In this document: piece after piece, positions 12,619 to 22,837 of the stretch
Layout: each line of letters begins with the position of its first letter
Position numbering within the stretch: the first letter of the stretch is position 1
Source: an uncultured virus (IMG/VR IMGVR_UViG_3300025034_000006)
Taxonomy: Duplodnaviria; Heunggongvirae; Uroviricota; Caudoviricetes
Length of the DNA stretch: 64,000 nt
Direction: 5' to 3' (one strand)
IMG/VR virus record: IMGVR_UViG_3300025034_000006
Notes under the pieces: model-generated
The model's input: the letters and a program-made list of their open reading frames with translations, nothing else
What the model was told of the DNA's origin: nothing
The model's database searches: none
Position numbers and translations under genes: made by a program

Positions 12619-13238
12619 TGGGATATATTATTCAACAAGCAAACGAGGCGTTCCAGCGGAATCATTATTCGTCCGATGCGATCTTCTTTTTCGACTTCGA
12701 TGGCGTTCTCGCCACGCAGTGCGAGGAGAAGATTTTCCGAATGGATGAACGTCCAATGGAGCGTCGTCGGTTGGAGGAGAAAGCCCCCTTTGCGTCTGTA
12801 GATGCAGCCCTCTATCCTAGCACCAACTACCTTCGGCACATGGTCTACCAAGGGTATGCGTGGGGATCGGTCCCAGACGCCCACGAGGAGGCCACCAGCT
12901 TCGCTCGATCGCTGAGTGACAGTGGTGACCCATATTTCATCGTTACGGCACGTAGCGGGCTTTGGGCGGTCCGTAGGCTGCTCGATTTTACCCAACAGCA
13001 GTTGATCTACCCTCAAGAGGTCTTCTGTCTCGGCCGGGCATCCAAGGCGCTCTTGCTGGCAGAGCTTCGCAAGGATTGGCCCGATCGTCAGTTCGTGTTC
13101 TTCGAGGACTCCGATCACCACATCGAAGCCTGCCGGGCTCTGGCTGATCCGCTTCTGGAGATCGTAAAGATCGAGTGGCCGACCTGCACCAAGAACGCCG
13201 AAGCCCTGTGCGACGCTTACCTCGGACCGGTGATGTAG
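12618..13238 (+). CDS. HAD-superfamily phosphatase
   Basis: FFFDFDGVLA motif I, IVTAR motif II, FFEDS motif IV. Confidence 0.75.
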   Translation: MGYIIQQANEAFQRNHYSSDAIFFFDFDGVLATQCEEKIFRMDERPMERRRLEEKAPFASVDAALYPSTNYLRHMVYQGYAWGSVPDAHEEATSFARSLSDSGDPYFIVTARSGLWAVRRLLDFTQQQLIYPQEVFCLGRASKALLLAELRKDWPDRQFVFFEDSDHHIEACRALADPLLEIVKIEWPTCTKNAEALCDAYLGPVM

Positions 13239-13477
13239 TGGATGCGCTGGGATACCTGTGTCTTGGCTACTTGGTGATCGGAATGGTTCTGATAGCTGCC
13301 GGGTATATCCTCACGCCCCTCATCGAATACGATGGTGACAACAACATCCTGTTCCATCTCGGCGACTTCGCTGAGGATGTTATGGGACAACTTACGGCCG
13401 GCTATTTGCTTGCGCTGCCGATCATCATGGTCATCTGCTGCTACCTGACCGGTAGGGCACTCGGAGAACTCGCATGA
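13238..13477 (+). CDS. Small membrane protein
   Basis: Two hydrophobic segments; start uncertain. Confidence 0.45.
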   Translation: MDALGYLCLGYLVIGMVLIAAGYILTPLIEYDGDNNILFHLGDFAEDVMGQLTAGYLLALPIIMVICCYLTGRALGELA

Positions 13478-13643
13478 AACGTTTCCTGATCAATCTCTGG
13501 CGGCAGCACAAGGACCCGCTCTATTGCCGCAAGTGTGAGCGCTGGAATATGCGGCTCCCATGGCGCGATGGGAACTGGGCCTGTGTTCGCTGCGAGCTTA
13601 CCCCGCCCCATCAATCGATCGATCACTTCATGGCCCGGTAATC

Positions 13644-13680
13644 AAAAAGGCCCGCTGGATCGCTCCAGCGGGCCTTTCCC
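13644..13680. terminator. Bidirectional intrinsic terminator
   Basis: AAAAAGGCCCGCTGGA-TCGC-TCCAGCGGGCCTTT between convergent genes. Confidence 0.8.
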
Positions 13681-13698
13681 AAAGCGTGCCAACGCTTA

Positions 13699-14454
13699 TT
13701 ACTGAGGGCGAAGCGTCGAGACGACTGCACCCAAAATCTTGAGGTCCTTGGCGGCGACTTCCTGCTTGTCACCCCGCGAGCCTTCGACCATGACCTTGCT
13801 CGACTTGGCAAAAGACGGGGCGATGCGGATCACTTCCATACCGCCGTTGACTTCGATCACGTAGGTATCGAACTCGTTCGAGACGGACTGGACGCTGGAG
13901 TCCACGAACAGGCGAGTGTCCTGACGCAAGCCGAACGCATCGGCATTGTGACCGAGGACGTAGACCTTGAGCGTGCGGACGCTTTCCACGTAACTCTCGG
14001 CCAGCGATCGCGGCATCGCGAAAGTTCCACTGTTGTAGGAACCATCCCGGCCGAAAGTGATCTCGTCCACATTGACGGTCGCTTCGGCCGCATTCATGTC
14101 GCCGACGGCCTTGACGCCGTGTTCCCCGAATGCGAGGAAGGATGGCGAGACCTTGAGGACCCGCGCCAGTGCTTCGACGATCGGGATCGGCGGCATGATT
14201 GTGTTGCGTTCGTAAGCGACGATGGTGCCACGGCACTTGTCGGCCGCCTTGGCGAGTTGATCCTGCGTCACATTTTCACGCAGTCGGGCATAGGCCAGTC
14301 GCCCGCCCAGTGATCCGAGATCGAGATCGCTGTCAGAACCAGCGAGATCAGAGCGGCGTGCAACAGCAGGCACAGCGTGCATCTGGATTTTTGCTTTGGA
14401 CTTCCCGGTGACACGTCCGCCGGGAGGCTTCGTAAGGGTTGCGTGAGCAGCCAT
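13699..14454 (-). CDS. XRE-family HTH transcriptional regulator
   Basis: RLAYARLRENVTQDQLA...IVAYERN HTH; GGAG SD before ATG at 14454. Confidence 0.8.
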   Translation of the reverse strand: MAAHATLTKPPGGRVTGKSKAKIQMHAVPAVARRSDLAGSDSDLDLGSLGGRLAYARLRENVTQDQLAKAADKCRGTIVAYERNTIMPPIPIVEALARVLKVSPSFLAFGEHGVKAVGDMNAAEATVNVDEITFGRDGSYNSGTFAMPRSLAESYVESVRTLKVYVLGHNADAFGLRQDTRLFVDSSVQSVSNEFDTYVIEVNGGMEVIRIAPSFAKSSKVMVEGSRGDKQEVAAKDLKILGAVVSTLRPQ

Positions 14455-14587
14455 GTCTAGTTTCTCCATTTGTTTCGGTGATTCGCTTACTAGGGCAAAG
14501 ACCGATTCGGTGTCAAGCGAAAATGCAGTCAAGATCATTTAGAATGTTCTCAACTGCATTTTTGACCCGTCAAATAGGAGGAATATA

Positions 14588-14851
14588 TCAGGATTCCAAG
14601 ACGGACCAATCTTTTGACAGATCGCTGTATCCGCCTAACCGCTTCCCTACTGGATCAGTCAGACTGGCGTCCTGATCCATGATAAAGACCTGAGGCACAG
14701 TGTTTGTTCCGGTCTTCTGATAAAAATCCTGACGGAGCGAATCATCGGTCAGATCGACTTCGGTGTAGGTATAGCCACGCTTCACAAGCTCCATCTTGAG
14801 GAGCGAGCAAAACGGGCACCCGAGCTTGGAGTAGACGACGATCTGCATCAC
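14588..14851 (-). CDS. Glutaredoxin
   Basis: CPFC, TVPQVF, GGYSDL; next to RNR genes. Confidence 0.9.
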   Translation of the reverse strand: MMQIVVYSKLGCPFCSLLKMELVKRGYTYTEVDLTDDSLRQDFYQKTGTNTVPQVFIMDQDASLTDPVGKRLGGYSDLSKDWSVLES

Positions 14852-15858
14852 GCGTTATCCTCGAACTTGGAAACGAAGTTCCACGTATTCTCATCCCAGC
14901 CGGTCACGCCGCCCTTGGCATACTCGGTCGATCGGCCTTCGAAGAAGTTGGTGTGCGTGTGGGCAGCCATCATCTCGTCGATCCAGTCGAGTGGGTTTTC
15001 CTTCTGGCGGTAGATCGGCTTGAGACCCAACTGGATCATGCGGCGATCGGCCGTGTAGCGGATGTAGGTCTTGGTCTCCTCGGCCGTGATGCCGGCGACC
15101 TCGCCCATGGCGAACATGAGGTCGATGAAGCGGTCTTCGAGCCGCACCATGTCCTTGGCGATCTGGCGGATGGCTGCCTTGACATCTTCGTTCCAGAGCT
15201 TCGGGTTCTCCTTGATCATGGTGTGGAAGAGCTTGAGCATACATTCGACGTGCAGAGTCTCGTCACGCAGCGACCACTCAACGATGGTGGACATGCCCTT
15301 CATCAGGTTGCGGCGCTTGAAGCTCAGCAGGACAGCGAAGCTGGAGAAAAGCTGCATACCTTCCCCGAAGGCCGAGAACACCGCCAGATCGAGCGCCAGA
15401 CGCTCACGCGGGGTGAACCGCCGGCCGTCAGTCCCTTCGGTCCGATCAGCGAACATATACTCGTGTTTCTCAGCCATCTCGGCGTATTCGGCAAAGGCGC
15501 TGTAATCGGACTCCGGCATCCCGACCGTATCGATCAACTGAGAATACGAGTGGATGTGGTTGGCTTCCTGCGTCGCAATTGCCGAGAGCATCATGCGAAT
15601 CTCGGTCGGCTTGAACATCGGGATGTAGACATCAAGGTAGCCGTGCGTGATGTCTTCATCACCCTTGGTGAAGAAGCGGAAAAGCTGGGTGAGAAGATTC
15701 TTCTCGGATGGGGTGAGCTTTGAGTTCCAGTCATGCACATCCTCTTGAAGAGGAACTTCGGATGGAAGCCAATGAGTCTTCTGCAACATATCGTAAGCTT
15801 CGAACGCCCACGGAAACTGGAAAGGCTTGTATGCAGCGCTCTTCTTAAAAATGGACAT
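14848..15858 (-). CDS. nrdB: Ribonucleotide reductase class Ia beta subunit
   Basis: EANHIHSY, EGMQLFSSF, RDETLH, NFFE..Y motifs. Confidence 0.95.
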   Translation of the reverse strand: MSIFKKSAAYKPFQFPWAFEAYDMLQKTHWLPSEVPLQEDVHDWNSKLTPSEKNLLTQLFRFFTKGDEDITHGYLDVYIPMFKPTEIRMMLSAIATQEANHIHSYSQLIDTVGMPESDYSAFAEYAEMAEKHEYMFADRTEGTDGRRFTPRERLALDLAVFSAFGEGMQLFSSFAVLLSFKRRNLMKGMSTIVEWSLRDETLHVECMLKLFHTMIKENPKLWNEDVKAAIRQIAKDMVRLEDRFIDLMFAMGEVAGITAEETKTYIRYTADRRMIQLGLKPIYRQKENPLDWIDEMMAAHTHTNFFEGRSTEYAKGGVTGWDENTWNFVSKFEDNA

Positions 15859-16342
15859 CTTTCCAAATCTTTCTTGTCTTAATGCGAGAAATCACTGTGG
15901 CATCTATGCCGTAATCTCTTGCTATTTCTTTTTGCTTGTCTCCGCTTGCTAGGCGGCGTTTAATTTGAGATACATCGACTTCGGTAAGCTTTGCTTGGGT
16001 ATGTTGTTCGCCTTTCATAGCGGCGAAGCCAAGAGTTCTTCCTTTTTCAGCTTTGTCATCCATGTTGTCCTTGTTCGTGCCTTCGAACAAATGCTCTGGA
16101 CGAACACATGCAGGGTTATCGCAACGATGGCAGGCTTGGAGATTACCTAGGGGACCGTGTAAACGCTCGTAAGCGAAGCGATGAGCCCTAGCGTTCTTCT
16201 GTTTCTCACCGTCCCAGAACAACCCGTAGCCGTCCTTGTCCAATGATCCTTGCCACTCCCAACAACCAGTTTCTGACACTTTGAACATAGCGTCGAAACG
16301 TTCATTGTTGGTGAGACCGCGCTGTCCTTGGAAGCTGGTCAC
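15845..16342 (-). CDS. HNH homing endonuclease
   Basis: CWEWQG, RAHR, CHRCDNPACVRPEHL; lower GC; between nrdA and nrdB. Confidence 0.85.
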   Translation of the reverse strand: MTSFQGQRGLTNNERFDAMFKVSETGCWEWQGSLDKDGYGLFWDGEKQKNARAHRFAYERLHGPLGNLQACHRCDNPACVRPEHLFEGTNKDNMDDKAEKGRTLGFAAMKGEQHTQAKLTEVDVSQIKRRLASGDKQKEIARDYGIDATVISRIKTRKIWKDVHF

Positions 16343-16575
16343 AGCCGGTAGCGGTGTTCTCGGGCGATGATCCGGCGCGGCCAGACAGCGGTGTTCCCGC
16401 CCACATGGAAGGAACCGTCGGGGTTGACTTGGGTGACCTCGTAGTCACCGGGTGGGATGATGCAGTCGGGCTCATCTCCAAGCGTCACGATGTCACCGAC
16501 GACGGGGAGGAAGTCGGGATCGATACCCATCAGTAGGTCTCCGGCATGATGGTATGCAGATCGGTGATTTGACAC
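16339..16575 (-). CDS. Hypothetical protein
   Basis: Operon packing; start uncertain. Confidence 0.45.
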   Translation of the reverse strand: MSNHRSAYHHAGDLLMGIDPDFLPVVGDIVTLGDEPDCIIPPGDYEVTQVNPDGSFHVGGNTAVWPRRIIAREHRYRL

Positions 16576-16817
16576 CCCCGAATCTCACCACTTTCGGTAT
16601 AGAGCATAACGTGATTTTGACGGTGAATCTGAGCATAGACCCTCCCCCAAATGGTGCGCTTGAGACGAGGAGTCCGCCCCGGCTTGATGTGGCTGGGGTG
16701 GGGCTGGTGGGGGTATTCGTAACCGACTACCCGACCCACCAGATCGCCCTTGAAATCGGGAAAAGCATCAGCATAGCTATCGAGAAAATTATCCTTCACA
16801 GGCGAGGCATCCTTCAT
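16530..16817 (-). CDS. Hypothetical protein
   Basis: Operon packing. Confidence 0.4.
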   Translation of the reverse strand: MKDASPVKDNFLDSYADAFPDFKGDLVGRVVGYEYPHQPHPSHIKPGRTPRLKRTIWGRVYAQIHRQNHVMLYTESGEIRGCQITDLHTIMPETY

Positions 16818-18555
16818 CTTCGGGCATGACCATTTCCAGCGCAGCCACCTTGGTGTTCATGTTCTCAGCTTTCTTGGGAGCCTTGGACCGCACATAATAC
16901 ATACTTTTGCTACCACCGGCCCAAGCCATGAAGTGCAGTTCGAGCATGTAGTCGGCGTCCACGAATGCGGGCACCGAGATGTTAAGGCTAACGCCCTGAT
17001 CGACGTAGCCGGAACGATCGTTCGCCATCTGAATGGTCAGGCGCTGGTCGGTCTCGAAGGCGGTGGCGAACACAGCCTTTTCCTGATCGGTCAGGAAGTC
17101 CAGATGCTGGACCGAACCTTCGTGGAGCAGGATGTCCTTCCAGACTTCCTTGGTGTTCTTGCCCTTGGTTTCGAGCAGGCGAACCAGCGACGGATTCTTA
17201 ACGGTGTGCGAACCGGTCAGAGTCTTGTGGATGAAGATGTTCTCCGGCCACTGTTCGATGGACGGCGAGATCGGACCCTGCGGCACGAAGATCGACGACG
17301 AAGCATTCGGAGCCACAGCCATGCGGTGGGAGAAGCGATGCCCGGTGCCGGCCATGTCTGGCGCTTCACCGCGTTCAGCACCGAGCTTGAGCGAAGCCGC
17401 GATCGTCTTCTTCTGCAAGTCTTCGAACATCATCACGTTGTAGGCGCGAGCAAGGTCACTGCCCCACACGATCCCGTGATCCTGCAAGTAGGTGTGGAGG
17501 CCCATGCCGCCCAGACCGACCGACCGCTCGTTCTTTGCTGAGGCGACAGCACGCCACAGTTCCGGAGGAGCCTTCGCGATGAAGTCATCCAGCGTGTTGT
17601 CGAGCATCCGCATGAGGTCTTCGATGAAGAGCGGGTGATCCTTCCACTCATCGTAGGCCGCGAGGTTCGGACTCGACAGGCAGCAGACCGCTGTGCGATC
17701 TTCGGCCGTCGGAAGCATGATCTCCGTGCAGAGATTCGAGTGATTGATCTTGAGGCCCTTGTCCTTGAGAGGCTGGGGCAGCGCACGATTGGCGGTGTCC
17801 TTGAACAGGATGAAGGGCTCGCCGGTCTGGTGGCGCGTCTCGACGATCTTCCGCATCAGAGCGCGGGCGTTGACCGTCTTCTTGATCTCGCCGGTCTTCG
17901 GGCTGCGGAAGTTCCACTCAGCATCGGCCAGACAGGCGCGCATGAAGTCGTCTGTGATGTTGATGGCGTGGTGAAGGTTCAGTGCCTTGCGGTTTGCGTC
18001 ACCACCCGACGGCTTGCGAAGCTCAAGGAACTCATCCGTTTCCGGGTGCGAGATGTCGAGATAGGCGCAGTAGCTACCGCGCCGGGTCTTACCCTGCGAG
18101 AACGCCAGCATGTAGCGATCGAGGATGCAGACAAACGGGATGCCGCCGGACGACGCCGAACCCTTGGATGTGCCTTCCGCGCCGCGCACAGCGATGTAGC
18201 CACCAACACCACCACCGAGGCTGGAGAGCCACGAAGTCTCTTCGTAGTGGGCGTTGATGCCCTTGCGGCTGTCGGCCATGTAGTTGAGGTAGCAGGAGAT
18301 CGGAAGACCGCGCTCGGTGCCGCCATTGGAGAGTAGCGGGGTGGCGAACATGAACCAGCCCTTGGAAGCATAATCGTAGAGTCGCTGGGCATGTGCGGCG
18401 TCATCGGCGAAGGCTGCCGAGGCGCGGGCGAACGCATGTTGAGGACTGGTCTCCCCTTCAACCATGTAGCGATCTTGTAGGGTTTCAATGGCGTGCGGAG
18501 CGAGCAGAGCGTCGCGCCCGAGATCGATAATGACCTCGTTCGGGGAGACTGGCAT
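16789..18555 (-). CDS. nrdA: Ribonucleotide reductase class Ia alpha subunit
   Basis: PISCYL, SNLCTEI, VAPNASSS, SMYYVRS, C-terminal CLACEG; start moved to ATG 18555 downstream of a promoter. Confidence 0.95.
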   Translation of the reverse strand: MPVSPNEVIIDLGRDALLAPHAIETLQDRYMVEGETSPQHAFARASAAFADDAAHAQRLYDYASKGWFMFATPLLSNGGTERGLPISCYLNYMADSRKGINAHYEETSWLSSLGGGVGGYIAVRGAEGTSKGSASSGGIPFVCILDRYMLAFSQGKTRRGSYCAYLDISHPETDEFLELRKPSGGDANRKALNLHHAINITDDFMRACLADAEWNFRSPKTGEIKKTVNARALMRKIVETRHQTGEPFILFKDTANRALPQPLKDKGLKINHSNLCTEIMLPTAEDRTAVCCLSSPNLAAYDEWKDHPLFIEDLMRMLDNTLDDFIAKAPPELWRAVASAKNERSVGLGGMGLHTYLQDHGIVWGSDLARAYNVMMFEDLQKKTIAASLKLGAERGEAPDMAGTGHRFSHRMAVAPNASSSIFVPQGPISPSIEQWPENIFIHKTLTGSHTVKNPSLVRLLETKGKNTKEVWKDILLHEGSVQHLDFLTDQEKAVFATAFETDQRLTIQMANDRSGYVDQGVSLNISVPAFVDADYMLELHFMAWAGGSKSMYYVRSKAPKKAENMNTKVAALEMVMPEDEGCLACEG

Positions 18556-18666
18556 GAGTTTTGGGTGTCCGTAGATGAAGTGAAAACGGCCGCACAGTAT
18601 AGCGAAAATGTCGGTGGTGATCAAGGAGTAAATTTGCTGTGCAGCAAATATACCGCTTGACACGAA

Positions 18667-19284
18667 TTAGTGCTGGAGGACGGTGGAGAGACCCTTGGCT
18701 ACGCTGAACCGAGGAAGCGCCAGACCAGTTCCGTAGACCCAACGACCGAACTCTGGGTGGACCCGTTCACCGTAGGAGCCGATCTCAATCTCGGCGAGTT
18801 CCAGATCGAAGCCAATGTCAGTGGCAACAATATCCGGATCGATCCCACTCAGGACACCGACCACTTCGCGGGCGTCATGCATGACGCGATCGACAGTCGC
18901 ATCTTCGACAGTGACGAAGAGTTCGGCCTTCATGAATCCAGTCTGGTAGAAGATGTTCTGGACTGGCTCATGGCGGAAACAAGGTGTCACACCGATGTAT
19001 GCGCCGGGCTTGAGACCCATGGACAAAAAGCCTTGCTCGGCAGACCCCACGAGGTAGTGGGCTTCTTCGAAGGCATCAGTCGCGCCGATCCATTTACCAT
19101 CATGGTCGCGGTGGTCAAAACGGGGACCGGCAACGTAGACAGGAAACTCCGGCGGTAAGGTGGCGCGGATCGGTGCCTCAGGCACTAGCCAAGGGACTTC
19201 CTTGTAGACGTAGCCGCGTTTCTGATACTCCGTGACCGCCCGGCCGAGTAGCGCGTAGTCGATCATGGGTGTCATATCAGTCAT
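18667..19284 (-). CDS. Stand-alone class II aminoacyl-tRNA synthetase-like catalytic domain
   Basis: GSAEQ, PCFRHE (motif 2), FMKAEL, GTGLALPR (motif 3); about 205 aa with no tRNA-binding domain. Confidence 0.7.
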   Translation of the reverse strand: MTDMTPMIDYALLGRAVTEYQKRGYVYKEVPWLVPEAPIRATLPPEFPVYVAGPRFDHRDHDGKWIGATDAFEEAHYLVGSAEQGFLSMGLKPGAYIGVTPCFRHEPVQNIFYQTGFMKAELFVTVEDATVDRVMHDAREVVGVLSGIDPDIVATDIGFDLELAEIEIGSYGERVHPEFGRWVYGTGLALPRFSVAKGLSTVLQH

Positions 19285-19516
19285 CGTCCTCTTGGTCTTC
19301 GTCGCCGAAATCGTCTGGCCCCATGATGAAGTCGCTGCACATCTCGCAAAGCTGGGTGCATTCATCGACCCACGGACCGGTATCACCACACTCCATGCAT
19401 TCGTCAGGATCGGGAATCCGTTCGAGGACCTTACCGTCCTTGTCAACAAGGAACCGACCCTCAGCCGTCTCGACGATCTCGGGATAGAAAACCGGTTGGG
19501 CCTTGATCTCAGTCAT
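19277..19516 (-). CDS. Small Cys-containing acidic protein
   Basis: CxxC...CxxxCxxC; start re-assigned. Confidence 0.45.
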   Translation of the reverse strand: MTEIKAQPVFYPEIVETAEGRFLVDKDGKVLERIPDPDECMECGDTGPWVDECTQLCEMCSDFIMGPDDFGDEDQEDDD

Positions 19517-19868
19517 CACAGTTCTCCTGCCTCGCGGCAAACTCAGGGCAAAGCTCAGCGACCTTGCGATGCTGATCGTATCGGTAATCCGCCCACGGAT
19601 CATCTTCACCACCAACGAGACGGACAAAGCCGGTCTGCTCGTTGACCACACGGGCTCGGGTATATCGCTCGCCCTGCCCATCGTCACGAAAGACGTGATA
19701 ATCCGGCGTTTCGATCCCGGCGTCTTCCATCTCGACCAGAAGCGCTTCGAAGCGCTTGCGCCATTCCATGGGCATGACTTGCAGTGCGAGCTTGGGCAGC
19801 ACCAAGTAAGGCGTCCGGGCAAGCCGAAGATCGAACGGACACTGCTCCATGACCATGGCCTCAGCCAT
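19509..19868 (-). CDS. Hypothetical protein
   Basis: YLVLPKLALQVMP phage-type ORF; start uncertain. Confidence 0.5.
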   Translation of the reverse strand: MAEAMVMEQCPFDLRLARTPYLVLPKLALQVMPMEWRKRFEALLVEMEDAGIETPDYHVFRDDGQGERYTRARVVNEQTGFVRLVGGEDDPWADYRYDQHRKVAELCPEFAARQENCDD

Positions 19869-20154
19869 CACGGTTCTCCCGCACACCCGACTCGAAAGCC
19901 CGCTTGGTGACAGCCGCCATCGCGGCAAGGTCTGCAAGGGTCACAGTCGGGTGATGCTTTACCAGCCACCCTTCGATCGCTCCGATCACATCGGAGAGTT
20001 CGACCAGCGCCATGATCTGGACGTTCTGGTCAAGAGCATCGGCGAACTCGTCGATCTCTTCGTAAATCTTGGAGTCCTCACCGAACACACCGCGAGCGAT
20101 CACAGCCTTGTGATAGCCCAGCAGGGCGTCGATGGTCTCATCGGGATCAGCCAC
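19861..20154 (-). CDS. MazG-like all-alpha NTP pyrophosphatase
   Basis: KIYEEIDE...VELSDV ExxE/ExxD pattern. Confidence 0.55.
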   Translation of the reverse strand: MADPDETIDALLGYHKAVIARGVFGEDSKIYEEIDEFADALDQNVQIMALVELSDVIGAIEGWLVKHHPTVTLADLAAMAAVTKRAFESGVRENRDG

Positions 20155-21006
20155 GCTTCTTCATCCTCTTGCGAAATGCACGGTTCTCGACAGCCATTGC
20201 CTTGCGTCGCTGGGCCCGGTTCAAGCCTGCGTATCGGGGATCGATGTTGTCAACGAAAGTCAAACCGGACTTCATGTCGAACAAAGCGCCAGTGGAATCC
20301 CACTCGTCAAATCCATAGGATTCCATGTCCATGTGAGTGATCACTTGCCGGCTACCACATCGATCACTACGGCGAGACCAACAGCAGCGAGCAGAAGGAT
20401 CGCGGTGGCCTGAATCCAAGAAAGCTTTCTATCCATTTTCTTTCCCCTGTTTTCAAGTCACCGCATATCCATAATGGCGGTGGTTGTCAATCGAAAGTTA
20501 ATCGATTCGATGAATCCGCGCACCGGGAACGGCACGTTCAATCATCAGGGCGACTTCTTCGACATCGGCCGAAAGGTCCAGCGATGCAATCACACCGAAC
20601 TGACCGAAGGCGACCAACTTGGTCTCTTGCTGGGTGGCGTCCGGACAAAGAGCAAACAATGCCCGGCCGTCAATGAAGTAGGGTCCGTTGTCCTTGTCAA
20701 CGAAGCGGAGAAGGTCCATCACTTGTCCACTTCGAAGGTGCGCTCATACGTCTCGGCGGGATTTTCCTCGGCGTATTTGCGGCTGACAAACCGGCCCGTG
20801 ATGGCCGAGACGAAGCGCTTGAAGCGCCGGCGGAGATTGAAGCGGCTCATGAGCCGATATACTTCAAGAGAGCTTTGATGATCAGGACAGCGATGGTGAT
20901 GACGACACCAATACCACCCAGCCACATCAGAATCGCAACGCAGCCGATCGTGGCCTGAGCCTTCTCAAAACTGTTCATGGGCATGTAATAATTTCCTTGT
21001 TGAGGA

Positions 21007-21576
21007 TTACGCCTTGTCGGCGCGGTTCTGGGCATCGGCGTCGGTGTATTTCATCCCGGCGTAGCGGACGCTGAGCTTGGCGATGTTCTGGTCCAGAACC
21101 GTCTCAAGCTTGACGCCGGAGAGTGAGCGCATGGTGATGAGTTGGCATTCCATACGGAACAGGGCCACAGTCAGAGCATCCCGATCGAGCGGCTTGTTGT
21201 AGACAACATGCTTCTTGACTTGATCGAGGATTTGGCTGGCAGCCATGTTGATCAGAGCCGCGACGACCATCGGCTGGTCCGACTGGTAGAAATCGAACCG
21301 CTGCTCGTAAAGGAACTCACGCGTGATGCCGACGTTGGTGCGAAGCTGCTGGAGATAGAACTCCATGTCGCCCATTTCTTCGATCAGGTTTTCCAGATCG
21401 AGTTCGGTGCGGTCGCTCAGTTCGAAGCTGAAAAGAGCCTCGGTGATCTCACCAGCCTCACCGGAGATGCCGGTGGCAGCGTGCCACATATCGACCTTTT
21501 CAGGGGTCAACGATGCAAGGATGTCGTTGCCGGGCTTCGCCAGTGCGGCAACGAGTTCGGGGTGCGTCAGATTCAA
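21007..21576 (-). CDS. MazG-like nucleotide pyrophosphohydrolase
   Basis: GEAGE...EEMGD, NIAKLSVRY; TTG start after AAGGAA. Confidence 0.75.
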   Translation of the reverse strand: MNLTHPELVAALAKPGNDILASLTPEKVDMWHAATGISGEAGEITEALFSFELSDRTELDLENLIEEMGDMEFYLQQLRTNVGITREFLYEQRFDFYQSDQPMVVAALINMAASQILDQVKKHVVYNKPLDRDALTVALFRMECQLITMRSLSGVKLETVLDQNIAKLSVRYAGMKYTDADAQNRADKA

Positions 21577-21586
21577 GGCGAGTTCC

Positions 21587-22087
21587 TTAGGCTGCGATCG
21601 AAGAGGGAGCGGAATCCGCGTTGGCGATTTTCGCCGACCCGTTCTGGGCCACGTATTCCTCAGCGAATTTCCAGACCGCGTTGCGGAAATCCACATCAGT
21701 AAGAAGGTAACGCATGTAGGTGCCAACGACCTGAGCCGTGGTAGGAAGGCTGTGACCGGTCGGATCACCGCCTTCGTTATCCAGCGAGACGTTGTAACGA
21801 CCGGTAGTGAGGTCCTTATCGATCAAGGAGATCGTCATCTTGGCAGGCTGTTCGGTCATCGGCATTTCCGGGTTGTCCCGCGTCATGCTGTCAATCAGGT
21901 CGCGACCGAAGGCGACAACGCCATCCGCAAACTCTTCGGTGGCAACAATCGTATTCAGATAGAACGCCGTGAAATATGCGGCGGTAGCCTGTCCGTCATC
22001 GATCTCGGTTCCAGATGCCGAGAAATCAACCTTGTAGGTGGCCGCTGCAAGATCAATGTCGCTAACAGTCAAGGTGACGAATGCCAT
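21587..22087 (-). CDS. Hypothetical protein with two internally similar halves
   Basis: LTVSDIDL...TAA and ISLIDKDL...TTA repeats; GGAG SD. Confidence 0.55.
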   Translation of the reverse strand: MAFVTLTVSDIDLAAATYKVDFSASGTEIDDGQATAAYFTAFYLNTIVATEEFADGVVAFGRDLIDSMTRDNPEMPMTEQPAKMTISLIDKDLTTGRYNVSLDNEGGDPTGHSLPTTAQVVGTYMRYLLTDVDFRNAVWKFAEEYVAQNGSAKIANADSAPSSIAA

Positions 22088-22141
22088 AATAAGTTACTCC
22101 AGTTACAGGCAAAGTTATCCTCCAGAAGAAGGACATGCCTT

Positions 22142-22729
22142 CTACAGGAGACGCAGCTTGTCGAGAAAGCGCATCTGGAACTCTTGGATCGCGTAGGGCT
22201 CTTGGCCCGGCGCGGCCCGCCGATTGGTGATTTTTTGACCTGCTGGGAGCTTCGCAATCAATTCGTCAATCAGAGCTTCGGATTCGTGTTCCCCCTCAAT
22301 GGGCTTGATCCAGTCGGCCGTGATGCCAAAGCATACACCACCGGCGGCTTCAACGGCCCGCATTTCATTGGGGAAGCGCACATCAGTGATCACGGTGTCC
22401 CGTCCACTGGTGAGCCCTATCGCAGTGCTGATCCAGAGATCATCTGCGATGAGTTGGCGACCCCATTCCGTCCCCAAAGTCTGCATCGCAAACCTTGGTG
22501 TTTGACCCGAAAGGTAGGAAGTCGGCATCTCTTTGAGATCGCCTTCTACCATTCGTTCGACAGTCTGAGCATCAAGACCACGATAGGTCAAGAAACATCT
22601 CAGCATGTCTTTCAAGGCCCCCGCAAACTTGACGTTCTGGTAACCCTGAGACAGCAGCACGAGGGCCGCTGTATCTTTGCCTGATCCCTTCCGACCTAGT
22701 AGGCCGATGAGCTTCGGTGCCGATGTCAT
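22142..22729 (-). CDS. Deoxynucleoside monophosphate kinase
   Basis: GRKGSGKDT, QTLGTEWGR, ITDVRFPNE, HESE. Confidence 0.9.
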   Translation of the reverse strand: MTSAPKLIGLLGRKGSGKDTAALVLLSQGYQNVKFAGALKDMLRCFLTYRGLDAQTVERMVEGDLKEMPTSYLSGQTPRFAMQTLGTEWGRQLIADDLWISTAIGLTSGRDTVITDVRFPNEMRAVEAAGGVCFGITADWIKPIEGEHESEALIDELIAKLPAGQKITNRRAAPGQEPYAIQEFQMRFLDKLRLL

Positions 22730-22837
22730 GCTTCTGATACTTTCTCTAACATGGCGCAAGTGGTCACGGTAGTCCGTGCAAAATTAGCGCTGAGTTGATG
22801 GAACCTGATAGTCAAACTGGCGGTTTTAAGCCATTTC

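Noticed and set aside
15845..16817. Group I intron in the RNR genes
   Set aside because: nrdA and nrdB both appear complete and uninterrupted; the HNH gene is intergenic
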